DNA from: an uncultured Dehalococcoidales bacterium
GTDB taxonomy: Bacteria; Chloroflexota; Dehalococcoidia; Dehalococcoidales; JAFGLR01
Length of the DNA stretch: 38,115 bases
Assembly: GCA_964547925.1 (NCBI GenBank)
Contig: CAZJQF010000001.1
Location: forward strand, 12,553-50,667
Direction of reading: 5' to 3'
This document shows positions 16,879 to 25,557 of the stretch, in pieces. Made by a program: the position numbers and the translations under genes. Numbering within the stretch: position 1 is the stretch's first letter; every line of letters starts with the position of its first letter. The notes beneath the pieces are model-generated. The model was not told the DNA's origin and ran no database searches. It saw only the letters and a list, made by a program, of their open reading frames with translations.

Positions 16879-18435
16879 TTATTTCCCGTTTTCTTTGTAA
16901 ATAACTACTCTACGATTGGGGTCTTTACCGGTACTTTTGGAAGGTAAGTCATGGCGTTCGGCGATTAAATGCTGCAGCCGCCGGATGTAAGCACTCTGCG
17001 GACTAAGTTCGACGGATTCTGCTCCGCCGGTTATCCGGTGGACGGCCGTCTCTGCTTCATTGATTGCACCGCCGAATGAATTTCCCGCGTCCTCAGTATG
17101 ATTGTGGTTTTCTTCCACTTCGCCGGGGTAAATCGAACGGAGCAACTGGCGAATTTGCCCCGGTGTATTGTTTTTCAATACATAGACCGGCAGATTATTG
17201 TTTTCAGCATCGCGTAATTTTTGCGGTTTGCGGCGGTAATATTGCTTTGAGGTTATGAATAAATTAGCGTCATGAACATCACCGGCGATATGAACGTTAA
17301 GTCCCATTTCCTGAGCCATTTGCTCGATGCGGTTGCGGTTCACCCCGAACAGAAACAGCCGGTAGGCACTATCTTTGGTCTTTTTCATCGCCGTCTCGCC
17401 GGACGGTTGGGGTGACTGTTTTTCAATAATTACTTCACCGTTTTCATCTTGCCAACGGATTTCCAGAGGGCTCGGTTCGCCTCTCAATAACATATCTATT
17501 GCATGGGCTACGTCCGGATGAATCGCCACGCGGTCGCGTTGAATTATCTCTACCACGATATCAAAGGTCGGCGGGGCTTTTCTTTCAAGAATCGACTTCT
17601 GAGTACCACGGCGGCGGGCTTCTTCGTCGCTTAATGTTACGGACTGAATGCCGCCGATAAGGTCGGAGAGAGTCGGATTCAGCATCAAGTTTTCCAGAGT
17701 ATTACCGTGGGCAGTACCGACAAGCTGGACGCCGCGTTCCGCAATGGTACGGGCAGCCTGAGCTTCCAGTTCGGTACCGATTTCATCGATAACGATAACC
17801 TCGGGCATATGGTTTTCCACGGCCTCAATCATCACGGCATGCTGCATATTGGGTGTTTTGACCTGCATGCGGCGGGCACGCCCGATAGCAGGATGGGGGA
17901 TATCGCCATCTCCGGCAATTTCATTTGAAGTATCGACAATAACAACCCGTTTCTTAAAACTATCGGCTAAAACACGGGCGACCTCTCGCAGCATCGTGGT
18001 TTTTCCGATACCGGGTCGTCCTAATAACAGGACGCTCTTACCGGATTCCACCAGGTCCTCAATAATTTTGATAGTACCGAAAACTGCCCGGCCGACGCGG
18101 CAGGTTAAACCGACGATACGTCCTTTACGGTTGCGGATAGCGGAAATCCGGTGCAGCGTACGTTCGATACCTGCCCGGTTGTCATCACCGAACTGTCCGA
18201 TGCGTGAAGTAACATAGTCGATATCAGCCTGGCTGACTTCAACCTGGCTGGGAGGGGACTCTCTCTGCGGGTACCGCGCTTCCGGAGGGCGTCCTAAATC
18301 GAGAATAACTTCGATAAGGTCGCTGGACTCCGGGTCTTCGCGAAGAGGCTGCTGGATGTAAGGAGGCAATATGTTTAGAAAAGCCTCCAAATCGTCGGTG
18401 ATTACTTTATGATAACGCGGCCTTTCTAATGCCAT
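16879..18435 (-). CDS. R3H-domain AAA ATPase (Ycf45 / SpoIIIAA-like)
   Basis: Walker A LLLGRPGIGKTT, Walker B VIVIDEIG, and TAHG sensor. The C-terminal R3H-like segment is IRRLQHLIAERHDLPSKSTGKDPNRRVVIY. Confidence 0.8.
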   Translation of the reverse strand: MALERPRYHKVITDDLEAFLNILPPYIQQPLREDPESSDLIEVILDLGRPPEARYPQRESPPSQVEVSQADIDYVTSRIGQFGDDNRAGIERTLHRISAIRNRKGRIVGLTCRVGRAVFGTIKIIEDLVESGKSVLLLGRPGIGKTTMLREVARVLADSFKKRVVIVDTSNEIAGDGDIPHPAIGRARRMQVKTPNMQHAVMIEAVENHMPEVIVIDEIGTELEAQAARTIAERGVQLVGTAHGNTLENLMLNPTLSDLIGGIQSVTLSDEEARRRGTQKSILERKAPPTFDIVVEIIQRDRVAIHPDVAHAIDMLLRGEPSPLEIRWQDENGEVIIEKQSPQPSGETAMKKTKDSAYRLFLFGVNRNRIEQMAQEMGLNVHIAGDVHDANLFITSKQYYRRKPQKLRDAENNNLPVYVLKNNTPGQIRQLLRSIYPGEVEENHNHTEDAGNSFGGAINEAETAVHRITGGAESVELSPQSAYIRRLQHLIAERHDLPSKSTGKDPNRRVVIYKENGK

Positions 18436-18497
18436 TATTCTTATTACTCCGGTTGTTTATGATACTTAATAAATACCATAAACTGGAATTTTAGTAA

Positions 18498-19382
18498 TTA
18501 CCAGCCCCGTTTTGCCAGCAGTTCATTCTCTGGTATCTGCTTGATATCCAAACCCGGCATGGCCTCGCCGAGGTTCTTGGATACTTCCGCGATTATTTTA
18601 GCATCCTTAAAGTGGGTAGTTGCATTTACGATAGCCTTTGCCCGTTTGCTGGGGTTATTAGATTTAAAGATGCCGGAGCCGACGAATACTCCATCCGCAC
18701 CAAGCTGCATCATTAACGCTGCATCAGCCGGGGTGGCGAGGCCGCCGGCAGCGAAGTTTACCACCGGTAATTTGCCGGTGTTGTGGACTTCCTGCACGAG
18801 GTCAAAAGGAGCCCCCATTTCTTTAGCGGTGGCCATCAGTTCTTCCTGAGGGGTATTAACCAACTGGCGGATACCATCCTGAACAGCCCGCATATGTCTG
18901 ACAGCTTCAACGACATTGCCGGTACCGGCTTCGCCCTTGGTGCGTATCATCGCGGCACCTTCACCGATGCGGCGTAAAGCTTCGCCCAGATTACGACAGC
19001 CGCAAACGAACGGTACCTTAAAGTCATGTTTCCATACGTGGTAATTTTCATCGGCCGGAGTTAATACTTCGGACTCGTCGATATAATCTATGCCGAGTGC
19101 TTCCAGAGCCTGTGCTTCGACAAAATGACCGATACGGCATTTGGCCATGACGGGAATCGTAACAGCCTTCATAATAGCTTCGATTACGGTGGGGTCGGCC
19201 ATTCTGGCTACGCCGCCCATTGCTCTAATATCGGCAGGGACTCTCTCCAACGCCATGACGGAACACGCCCCTGCATCTTCGGCTATTTTAGCCTGTTCGG
19301 CATTAACGACATCCATAATAACGCCGCCCTTTAACATCTGGGCCAGCCCTGTTTTTACTTTCCATGTACCGCTTTTTACCAT
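18498..19382 (-). CDS. pdxS: Pyridoxal 5'-phosphate synthase, lyase subunit
   Basis: [49 protein letters not shown], and [27 protein letters not shown] give near-consensus PdxS over the full length. GGGAGG SD. Confidence 0.96.
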   Translation of the reverse strand: MVKSGTWKVKTGLAQMLKGGVIMDVVNAEQAKIAEDAGACSVMALERVPADIRAMGGVARMADPTVIEAIMKAVTIPVMAKCRIGHFVEAQALEALGIDYIDESEVLTPADENYHVWKHDFKVPFVCGCRNLGEALRRIGEGAAMIRTKGEAGTGNVVEAVRHMRAVQDGIRQLVNTPQEELMATAKEMGAPFDLVQEVHNTGKLPVVNFAAGGLATPADAALMMQLGADGVFVGSGIFKSNNPSKRAKAIVNATTHFKDAKIIAEVSKNLGEAMPGLDIKQIPENELLAKRGW

Positions 19383-19492
19383 TGGTAAGCCTCCCTTGGT
19401 TCAAATAAAAGAAATAGATACCATTTTATTATTCGCTTCTGTAACGTAATTCTACAATTGTTTGCTTCGATTATCAATATCAGGAATACCCG

Positions 19493-20122
19493 TTAATGGA
19501 TGTAAGCCAGCCAGTAAATTGAAAAGATAACCGTAATATCGGCGGCTAGGTGCGAAACCAAAGAAGGTAATAAACCATGACTTATCCGGTTAGACTGTCT
19601 CCAGAACCAGGCTCCCAATAAAAGTGCTGCAAATACCACCAGCAACCAGATTATTGCCACTTTTCCTGCCATTACCATTATGTGATAACCGGAAAAGAAA
19701 ACATCGTTAAGTGTCGGGTATTTACTGTCGTTGCCAAGATAACCTCGCCAGTAATACTCCTCAATCCAGGGGTTCACCAGGGCGAAATAGGCTAGAAAAT
19801 ATGGCCAGGCCTGCCGTGTGAGCCCAATGTTCTGAAGATACACATTGATGTCGGGAGGAATCGAAAGTAGCGGCCAAAGTAGATATAATAATATGCCGCT
19901 GCAAGCCCCGACTAATGCAGTGAACAGGGGAATTTTATAACCGGTACTTCGGAATAATTTCTTTAATGAGAGTCTTTCGCGGGATAAAAGAAGAACAACT
20001 ATAATGCCAAGATGATAAGCGATAATGGCTATCCATGCGTTGTTAAGGAGCAGTAAGCCAATACCAATCGTAATATACGGAATAATAGGTGCTATTATTT
20101 TCTTCAGGATGTTATCTGTCAA
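19493..20122 (-). CDS. CPBP family intramembrane glutamic endopeptidase (CAAX protease/Abi)
   Basis: Polytopic membrane protein carrying the three CPBP motifs: EEYYWR (EExxxR), FFSGYH (FxxxH) and SHLAAD (HxxxD/N). TTG start; the start is uncertain. Confidence 0.78.
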   Translation of the reverse strand: MTDNILKKIIAPIIPYITIGIGLLLLNNAWIAIIAYHLGIIVVLLLSRERLSLKKLFRSTGYKIPLFTALVGACSGILLYLLWPLLSIPPDINVYLQNIGLTRQAWPYFLAYFALVNPWIEEYYWRGYLGNDSKYPTLNDVFFSGYHIMVMAGKVAIIWLLVVFAALLLGAWFWRQSNRISHGLLPSLVSHLAADITVIFSIYWLAYIH

Positions 20123-20254
20123 TTAACGGGCACTTTCTTTTAACGCTAAGGATAGAATGTCAAGAGGATTTTTAAAGACATCAAGAAACATACCAATTCT
20201 AACCGGAGATATGAGTGAATATCAAATAAGCGGTGTATCCAGGCGGGTTACTTT

Positions 20255-20962
20255 CTATTTAATGGGCCTTTTTTCCGGCATGCCCGGACGGCGGGGATAT
20301 TTATCCGGCGTCGGAGAGATCTTTTCAATGACGACTAGTTGACGGCCTTCCGGCAAATCGCTTAAAGTGACCGGAATAATTTCTTTTAATCGTCCGCCTA
20401 AAATTTCAATTGCCGGTTTTACCGAGGAGATTTCTTCAGCAATGTCCCCCTTTTTTTGAGCGATGAACATGCCGCCCATTTTACAATAAGGCAGGCATAA
20501 TTCTACTGCCACCGGTAATTCTGCTACTGCTCTTGACAATACGACATCGTATTTCTCACGGTGTTCCGGTTGGTGGGCAGCAGTCTCCGCCCTGTCTCCT
20601 ATAATGTCAACATGTAATTCCAGTGTTTGAATAATATGGTGTAAAAACGAAACCTTTTTCGCCGTAGCTTCCAAAAGCGTTAAATTGAGATAAGGAAACG
20701 CGATTATTAACGGTAAACCGGGAAACCCTGCTCCGGTGCCTATATCTATTACTCTATCCAAATTTGAGAATCGGTGCGCGGCGATTACTGTAAGAGAATC
20801 CAGAAAATGTTTGGTAATGACCTCATCGTAATCTGTTATAGCGGTGAGGTTGATATTTTTATTCCAATCAATCAATTCCCGGTATAAAATCCCGAACTTT
20901 TCAGTTTGATTATTATTCAGGCTAATACCAAGCTGTTTAGCCCCGTTTAATACTATTTCCAT
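20255..20962 (-). CDS. rsmG: 16S rRNA (guanine527-N7)-methyltransferase
   Basis: NLTAITDYDEVITKHFLDS, SAM-binding IDIGTGAGFPGLPL, SRAVA. Length 235 aa. Confidence 0.9.
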   Translation of the reverse strand: MEIVLNGAKQLGISLNNNQTEKFGILYRELIDWNKNINLTAITDYDEVITKHFLDSLTVIAAHRFSNLDRVIDIGTGAGFPGLPLIIAFPYLNLTLLEATAKKVSFLHHIIQTLELHVDIIGDRAETAAHQPEHREKYDVVLSRAVAELPVAVELCLPYCKMGGMFIAQKKGDIAEEISSVKPAIEILGGRLKEIIPVTLSDLPEGRQLVVIEKISPTPDKYPRRPGMPEKRPIK

Positions 20963-21124
20963 CGTATTTATTTTAACTCATTATGTATCTTATCGCTATT
21001 GGGTTATTTGTACTCTAAAAATATATAAGTGTCTTGTGCTTAATAATTGGGTAAGGATACGGATACCCATATGAGTCGGACCGTAATACAATTCCCATCA
21101 GCTATTAAAGTATAGGGGGAATAA

Positions 21125-21571
21125 ATGGTAACTAAAATCAATTCTGTCGTAAAAGCATCCGATGGACTTCTCAAAATGTTGAATGACGCTATTGCCCGGG
21201 AAATACAGGTGGCAGTCCAGTACATGTGGCAGCACGTTCAGTGGGGCGGAGTAAAAGGTTTTGCCGTTCATAATGAACTGAAAGCAATTGCTGTTGCCGA
21301 AATGAAGCATGCCGAGTCAATTGCCGAGCGACTTTATTACCTGGGGGGAATTCCAACGACAAAACCGACGCCCATCTTTGTAGGGAAAACATTGAAAGAA
21401 ATGATAACGCAGGACGTTAAAGATGAACAAAACGCCATCGAACTTTATCAAAAAATAGTCGAGAAAGCACGTAAAGAAGGTGATGAGACAACAAACCGTC
21501 TTTTCAGGGAAATATTGCAAGAGGAAGAAGACCATCACGATACTTTTTCGACATTACTTGAAGATTTATAA
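21125..21571 (+). CDS. bfr: Bacterioferritin-family ferritin-like protein
   Basis: 148 aa four-helix-bundle pattern. Di-iron ligand positions are present: AREIQVA, AEMKHAE (E-x-x-H, plus the Met that ligates heme in Bfr), DEQNAIE, EEEDHHD. GGGGGA SD. Confidence 0.82.
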   Translation: MVTKINSVVKASDGLLKMLNDAIAREIQVAVQYMWQHVQWGGVKGFAVHNELKAIAVAEMKHAESIAERLYYLGGIPTTKPTPIFVGKTLKEMITQDVKDEQNAIELYQKIVEKARKEGDETTNRLFREILQEEEDHHDTFSTLLEDL

Positions 21572-21593
21572 AATAAACGGGACTCCATGTCAT

Positions 21594-21628
21594 AAAGGGT
21601 GCTCTTTCATAGTGTGCCCTTTATTTTT
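21594..21628 (+). terminator. Rho-independent terminator after bfr
   Basis: Stem AAAGGGTGC/GTGTGCCCTTT (9 pairs including 2 G-U, 11-nt loop), followed by ATTTTT. Confidence 0.55.
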
Positions 21629-21814
21629 AGGAATTAATTAATATATAAAAAGATTTATTTGATTAATAATTAATGATAATAAAAGACTGATTATGTTTTA
21701 GTTACGAAATTATCACGGACAAATCATGCTTATTTGTATGTGATTTAGTATAATTACCGCAAACATATAGTCGATATATTGCAAAATAGAAGAAGAACCG
21801 CTACAATATACTTT

Positions 21815-22258
21815 ATGAAAATTGATAGTTTAGACGAAAAACTAATTGGAATGCTCAGGGACAATGCCAGGCAAAGCAGCGAAAAGGTCGCTAAAAAGCT
21901 GAAAGTCAGCGCAACTACCGTACGCAGGAGAATGAAAAAGCTGACGAAAAGCGGTGCGGTAATCGTGACCACCATGATTGACCCGGGGAAAATAGGTCTC
22001 ATCGTACATTCAATAATCGGAGTTGATGTAGAATTAGGAGCTATCGAAGCCGTAGCAGATGTGCTCGTGAAGATGCCGGAAGTGAAATGGTTATCTACCA
22101 CGACCGGCCGTTTTGATTTGATATTAGGCGCTAACTTTCATTCAACTACCGAATTATCGGACTTTATGCAGAGAAAGTTATCAGGTATTAAAGGAATCAA
22201 AGATACCGAAACTTTTATCTGTCTGGAGATGAAAAAAGGTATTTACGTCCCCTCATAA
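21815..22258 (+). CDS. Lrp/AsnC family transcriptional regulator
   Basis: The start is placed at ATG 21815. LDEKLIGMLRDNARQSSEKVAKKLKVSATTVRRRMKKL is the HTH_AsnC motif. It is followed by the RAM/AsnC_trans_reg domain (…TGRFDLIL…TETFI). Confidence 0.88.
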   Translation: MKIDSLDEKLIGMLRDNARQSSEKVAKKLKVSATTVRRRMKKLTKSGAVIVTTMIDPGKIGLIVHSIIGVDVELGAIEAVADVLVKMPEVKWLSTTTGRFDLILGANFHSTTELSDFMQRKLSGIKGIKDTETFICLEMKKGIYVPS

Positions 22259-22280
22259 AATTATTTAATGGCTGCTTTTT

Positions 22281-22324
22281 ATCCGCTCATTTTCAACTCT
22301 GGAGATGAGCGGATTTCTTTTTTA
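22281..22324 (+). terminator. Rho-independent terminator after the Lrp/AsnC gene
   Basis: Perfect 10-bp stem ATCCGCTCAT/ATGAGCGGAT with a 14-nt loop, followed by TTCTTTTTT. Confidence 0.72.
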
Positions 22325-22435
22325 TATTCCGCAATGTAATACTATCACGGATAGGCCGTATATAAAGATATATAATAAATGTCTTGAATTAATCGCAACT
22401 TAAATTAGTAAGTAATACATACGGAGGGATGCCAA

Positions 22436-23566
22436 ATGAAAAAGTGGGTATTAATATCTATCGCCATATTATTAGTGGCTATTACAACAATTGGATGCGG
22501 TGCTAAACATGCGACAATTACAAGTACGAGTATCAATAAGGATTATGAGGATGGTTCGGCTAATTACAGGCCACCCGGTATTACAACTACGACTGGCTAT
22601 GTTAAACCTATGCCCACAGACGTTTATTACCAGAACGCTGGCGGAGAAATATCGACTATACCTGAAATAGACCGGATGATTGTCCGTACCGGTAATATGA
22701 CATTGGTTGTAGATGATATTGCTGGTACTATCAACCGGATAACTCAGATCGCCGCAGAACATCAGGGATTTGTCGTTTCCTCGCAAAGCTGGAAAGAAGG
22801 CCAGTTACTACGCGGTACAATCAGCATTAGAATTGTCGCCGGCGATTACGATATGGTCGTCCATGAAATCGGCAGTTTAGCCGTCGATATTACCAGTCAG
22901 ACGACTTCAAGCCAGGATGTGACCGAGGAATATATCGACCTGGATGCCCAGCTTAAAAACCTTCAGGCGACCGAACAGCAATTACTGCAGGTAATGGCAA
23001 AAGCGGAAACGGTGGAAGATATATTAGCCGTACAACGCGAATTGACAAATACCAGAGATTCCATCGAGCGTACTCAGGCCAGAATGCAGTATCTGGAGCG
23101 TACCTCCAGTTATTCGTTAATAAATATTCAATTGGAACAATCTCGTTTAAGCGTTGATTTCAATGCGTATAACACTATTGTAAAAGTGGGGGAGAAAGTT
23201 CAATTCAGCCCTAATATCGCCGGGGGGTCCGGTCCTTACACCTATGAATGGGACTTCGGGGATAAAGAGACCGGTAACGAAATAGCTCCAACTCATATAT
23301 TCAAATCAGCCGGCACCTATACAATCACGTTGAAAGTGACCGACGATAAGCAAAATACCGAAACTAAAGTCCGTAAGGAATATATTACGGTACAGCCCGG
23401 CTGGAGCGCGGGGAATATCGCCAGAAATGCCTGGAACGGTCTGGTTATCTTCGGGAGAGTTCTCGCCAATATATTCATCTGGCTGGGGATATTCAGCCCT
23501 GTTTGGCTTATTATCGGTGGCATAATCTACTGGAGAGTACGGCGCCGGAAGAAAGCCGGACACTAG
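22436..23566 (+). CDS. DUF4349-domain lipoprotein with a PKD domain and C-terminal TM anchor
   Basis: Lipobox (TTIGC). MIVRTGNMTLVVDDIAGTINRI...GFVVSS plus a coiled-coil LQATEQQL...ARMQYLE is typical of DUF4349. The PKD signature is YTYEWDFGDKETGNEIAPTHIFKSAGTYTITLKVTDD. The C-terminal hydrophobic helix ends in RRRKK. Confidence 0.8.
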   Translation: MKKWVLISIAILLVAITTIGCGAKHATITSTSINKDYEDGSANYRPPGITTTTGYVKPMPTDVYYQNAGGEISTIPEIDRMIVRTGNMTLVVDDIAGTINRITQIAAEHQGFVVSSQSWKEGQLLRGTISIRIVAGDYDMVVHEIGSLAVDITSQTTSSQDVTEEYIDLDAQLKNLQATEQQLLQVMAKAETVEDILAVQRELTNTRDSIERTQARMQYLERTSSYSLINIQLEQSRLSVDFNAYNTIVKVGEKVQFSPNIAGGSGPYTYEWDFGDKETGNEIAPTHIFKSAGTYTITLKVTDDKQNTETKVRKEYITVQPGWSAGNIARNAWNGLVIFGRVLANIFIWLGIFSPVWLIIGGIIYWRVRRRKKAGH

Positions 23567-23591
23567 ATTTAGTACAGAGTTAGATGGATTT

Positions 23592-23676
23592 TACCGCCGG
23601 ACGGCGTTTACCAGCGGTCTTTCCCGGGAAATATCCCGGACGGCACTGATGATACACCTTCCGGCGGTTAATTTTT
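23592..23676 (+). terminator. Compound GC-rich stem-loop with T-tract, probably the terminator of the DUF4349 gene
   Basis: Outer 9-bp stem ACCGCCGGA (23593..23601) / TCCGGCGGT (23660..23668), followed by TAATTTTT. It encloses an inner hairpin CCGGGA-aata-TCCCGG (23624..23639). It also contains a 9-nt direct repeat CCGGACGGC (23597..23605 and 23636..23644). Confidence 0.4.
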
Positions 23677-23791
23677 ACCACTGAGGAACATAGCCTGCCC
23701 GTGTGCCTAATTAGTAATAATACCTGATTACCAATTGGATATTAGTTTATTGTGAATTGAATAATTGAGACTTTTGATTGTAAAACGGGTA

Positions 23792-24223
23792 TTAGATAGG
23801 GAATAAACTCGTAAGCCAAACGGGAAGGTTAATAAACATGTAGATTATATTAACAATAAAATATAATGCAATATAAATGATGATTGCCCATAATACAATG
23901 AGAAGTAACAACTTAAGGATTTTAATAGCCTGGCCTTTTTTTATGATGATTTTATCTCTTTTAGGTTGGACTGTTTCTTGAGCTTTGGTAAAGTCAAAGT
24001 TTTCAATAGTTATAAAACGCTTGTCATATTCCTGTCTTTTAACCGGGTTGGAAAGGACTTCGTAGATCTGGTTTAGCTCAATCATACGCCGGTCTTCTTG
24101 ATTAGTGTTATGGTCCGGATGAAACATCTTAGCGAGTCTGATGTAGGTTTTTTTTATATCATCATTACTCGCACTCGGTTTGATCCCGAGGATTTCATAA
24201 TAGTTTCTAATGTTATCGCTCAT
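23792..24223 (-). CDS. J-domain (DnaJ-like) membrane protein
   Basis: N-terminal J domain YYEILGIKPSASNDDIKKTYIRLAKMFHPDHN with an intact HPD tripeptide. The C-terminal ~50 aa is strongly hydrophobic (1-2 TM). The gene is markedly AT-rich. Confidence 0.85.
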   Translation of the reverse strand: MSDNIRNYYEILGIKPSASNDDIKKTYIRLAKMFHPDHNTNQEDRRMIELNQIYEVLSNPVKRQEYDKRFITIENFDFTKAQETVQPKRDKIIIKKGQAIKILKLLLLIVLWAIIIYIALYFIVNIIYMFINLPVWLTSLFPI

Positions 24224-24363
24224 ATAGAATAAATTATACTACTCCGGAATAATTCGGACATATTACGTTTGTCGGTATCATTTAAGTAATTAGTATTCAA
24301 TAATGTCAATTAATAATAACAAGTTTAATATTAATATTACATCCTGTATAATGCTAAATAACC

Positions 24364-25296
24364 ATGAATAAACTAAAGTTTATAATATTATTTTGTCTTT
24401 TTAGTTTAGCCGTACTGATAAGTTGTACGCCTGTTATTACGGCATTACCGGTAACCGGTGTTAACGGTGTTGAAACCGAGCAGTTAGTTCAGTATGTGCT
24501 CGGGCTTATCAATAAAGACAGAGCTGATTATGGGTTGCCCCCGGTAATTCTCGGCACAAATACCGCTGCCCAAAAGCATGCGGATGACATGCTGGCTAAT
24601 TATTACCTTTCACACTGGGACACCGAGGGTTTGAAACCTTATATGCGTTACACCCTTGCCGGCGGGGTTAATTATGAGGCAGAGAACTCCGCCTATCATG
24701 GCTGGTATGATAGCACGGAAGACCCGGACAGATACGTTAACATCGACCATAAAGAAATATTGCGGCAGCTTGAATACAACATGATGTATGATGATATCGC
24801 CTCGAATTGGGGCCACCGCGATACTATTCTGAACAAGCTGAATAAGAAGGTGAATATCGGTATTGCTTTTGATGTACACCGTCTGGCATTGGTGCAGCAA
24901 TTCGAAGGCGACTATATTTACTTTTCGCGGCCGCCGGCAATTATCAACGACAGGTTATACTTAAGCGGAAATATTTATGCGGGTGAATTGTATAGTATTA
25001 GAATATTTTTCGACCCGATAAACCAATCTCTTACACACCAGGAGTTGATGGACAAGCCCAGGTATTATGATTTAGGTGAGGAAATGGGATACGTTTTGCC
25101 GCCTGAATATCATCTGTTAAGCGGTAGTTTCGTAAATGCGGATAAATGGGAAATCAGCGATACGGGTGTATTTGATATCGAGGCGGACATCAACTCGTTG
25201 CTAAAAAGTAACAACGGGATATATAACATATGCGTTGTCGCAAATTATAAGGAAGAACTACATAACTATTCGAACTACTCAGTATTTTTAAAGTAG
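24364..25296 (+). CDS. CAP/SCP-domain (YkwD-like) lipoprotein with an unknown C-terminal domain
   Basis: Lipobox (VLISC). INKDRADYGLPPVILGTNTAAQKHADDMLANYYLSHWD and a later NWGHRDTILN match the bacterial CAP domain pattern. I do not recognise the remaining ~130 aa. Confidence 0.72.
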   Translation: MNKLKFIILFCLFSLAVLISCTPVITALPVTGVNGVETEQLVQYVLGLINKDRADYGLPPVILGTNTAAQKHADDMLANYYLSHWDTEGLKPYMRYTLAGGVNYEAENSAYHGWYDSTEDPDRYVNIDHKEILRQLEYNMMYDDIASNWGHRDTILNKLNKKVNIGIAFDVHRLALVQQFEGDYIYFSRPPAIINDRLYLSGNIYAGELYSIRIFFDPINQSLTHQELMDKPRYYDLGEEMGYVLPPEYHLLSGSFVNADKWEISDTGVFDIEADINSLLKSNNGIYNICVVANYKEELHNYSNYSVFLK

Positions 25297-25465
25297 CCGC
25301 AAGATTATATTTCATATGACCGGTTTGAAACAGCTGCTCAAATCTTTATAGTACTAACCATATTACCTGTCATAGTACTATTTAGCTATTGAATCATTTT
25401 CGTATCGGGTGCAGAATATTTATAGATTTTGTTTATTTTGTCTCCTTTGTGCAAAAAGGGCCTAA

Positions 25466-25505
25466 AGAATAGCTCCGGAGTTGTTCACCGGGGCTATTCT
25501 GTTTT
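25466..25505 (+). terminator. Terminator-like hairpin 1
   Basis: 13-bp stem AGAATAGCTCCGG/CCGGGGCTATTCT (one G-U) with a 9-nt loop, followed by GTTTT. Confidence 0.5.
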
Positions 25506-25518
25506 AAGGAAATATTAA

Positions 25519-25557
25519 CGGTTGGATATGAAATGTATCCGACCGTTTTTCTTTTTT
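25519..25557 (+). terminator. Rho-independent terminator (hairpin 2)
   Basis: 10-bp stem CGGTTGGATA/TATCCGACCG (one G-U) with a 7-nt loop, followed by TTTTTCTTTTTT. Confidence 0.7.

Noticed and set aside
18498-19382. pdxS without an adjacent pdxT
   Set aside because: pdxS and pdxT are unlinked in many genomes, so absence from this window says nothing about absence from the genome.
21050-21075. Possible Fur/DtxR-type operator (GGATACGGATACCC) upstream of bfr
   Set aside because: It is a short direct repeat of GGATAC, not the AT-rich 19-bp palindrome expected for a Fur box. The evidence is insufficient.
23592-23676. SRP (4.5S) RNA candidate, because of a GTTTACCAG-like string and GC-rich hairpins
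   Set aside because: Neither strand has the conserved domain IV motif (GGUCC-GGAA-GGAAGCAGC with a GNRA tetraloop). The central loop is AATA/TATT. It is reported only as an unexplained structured element.
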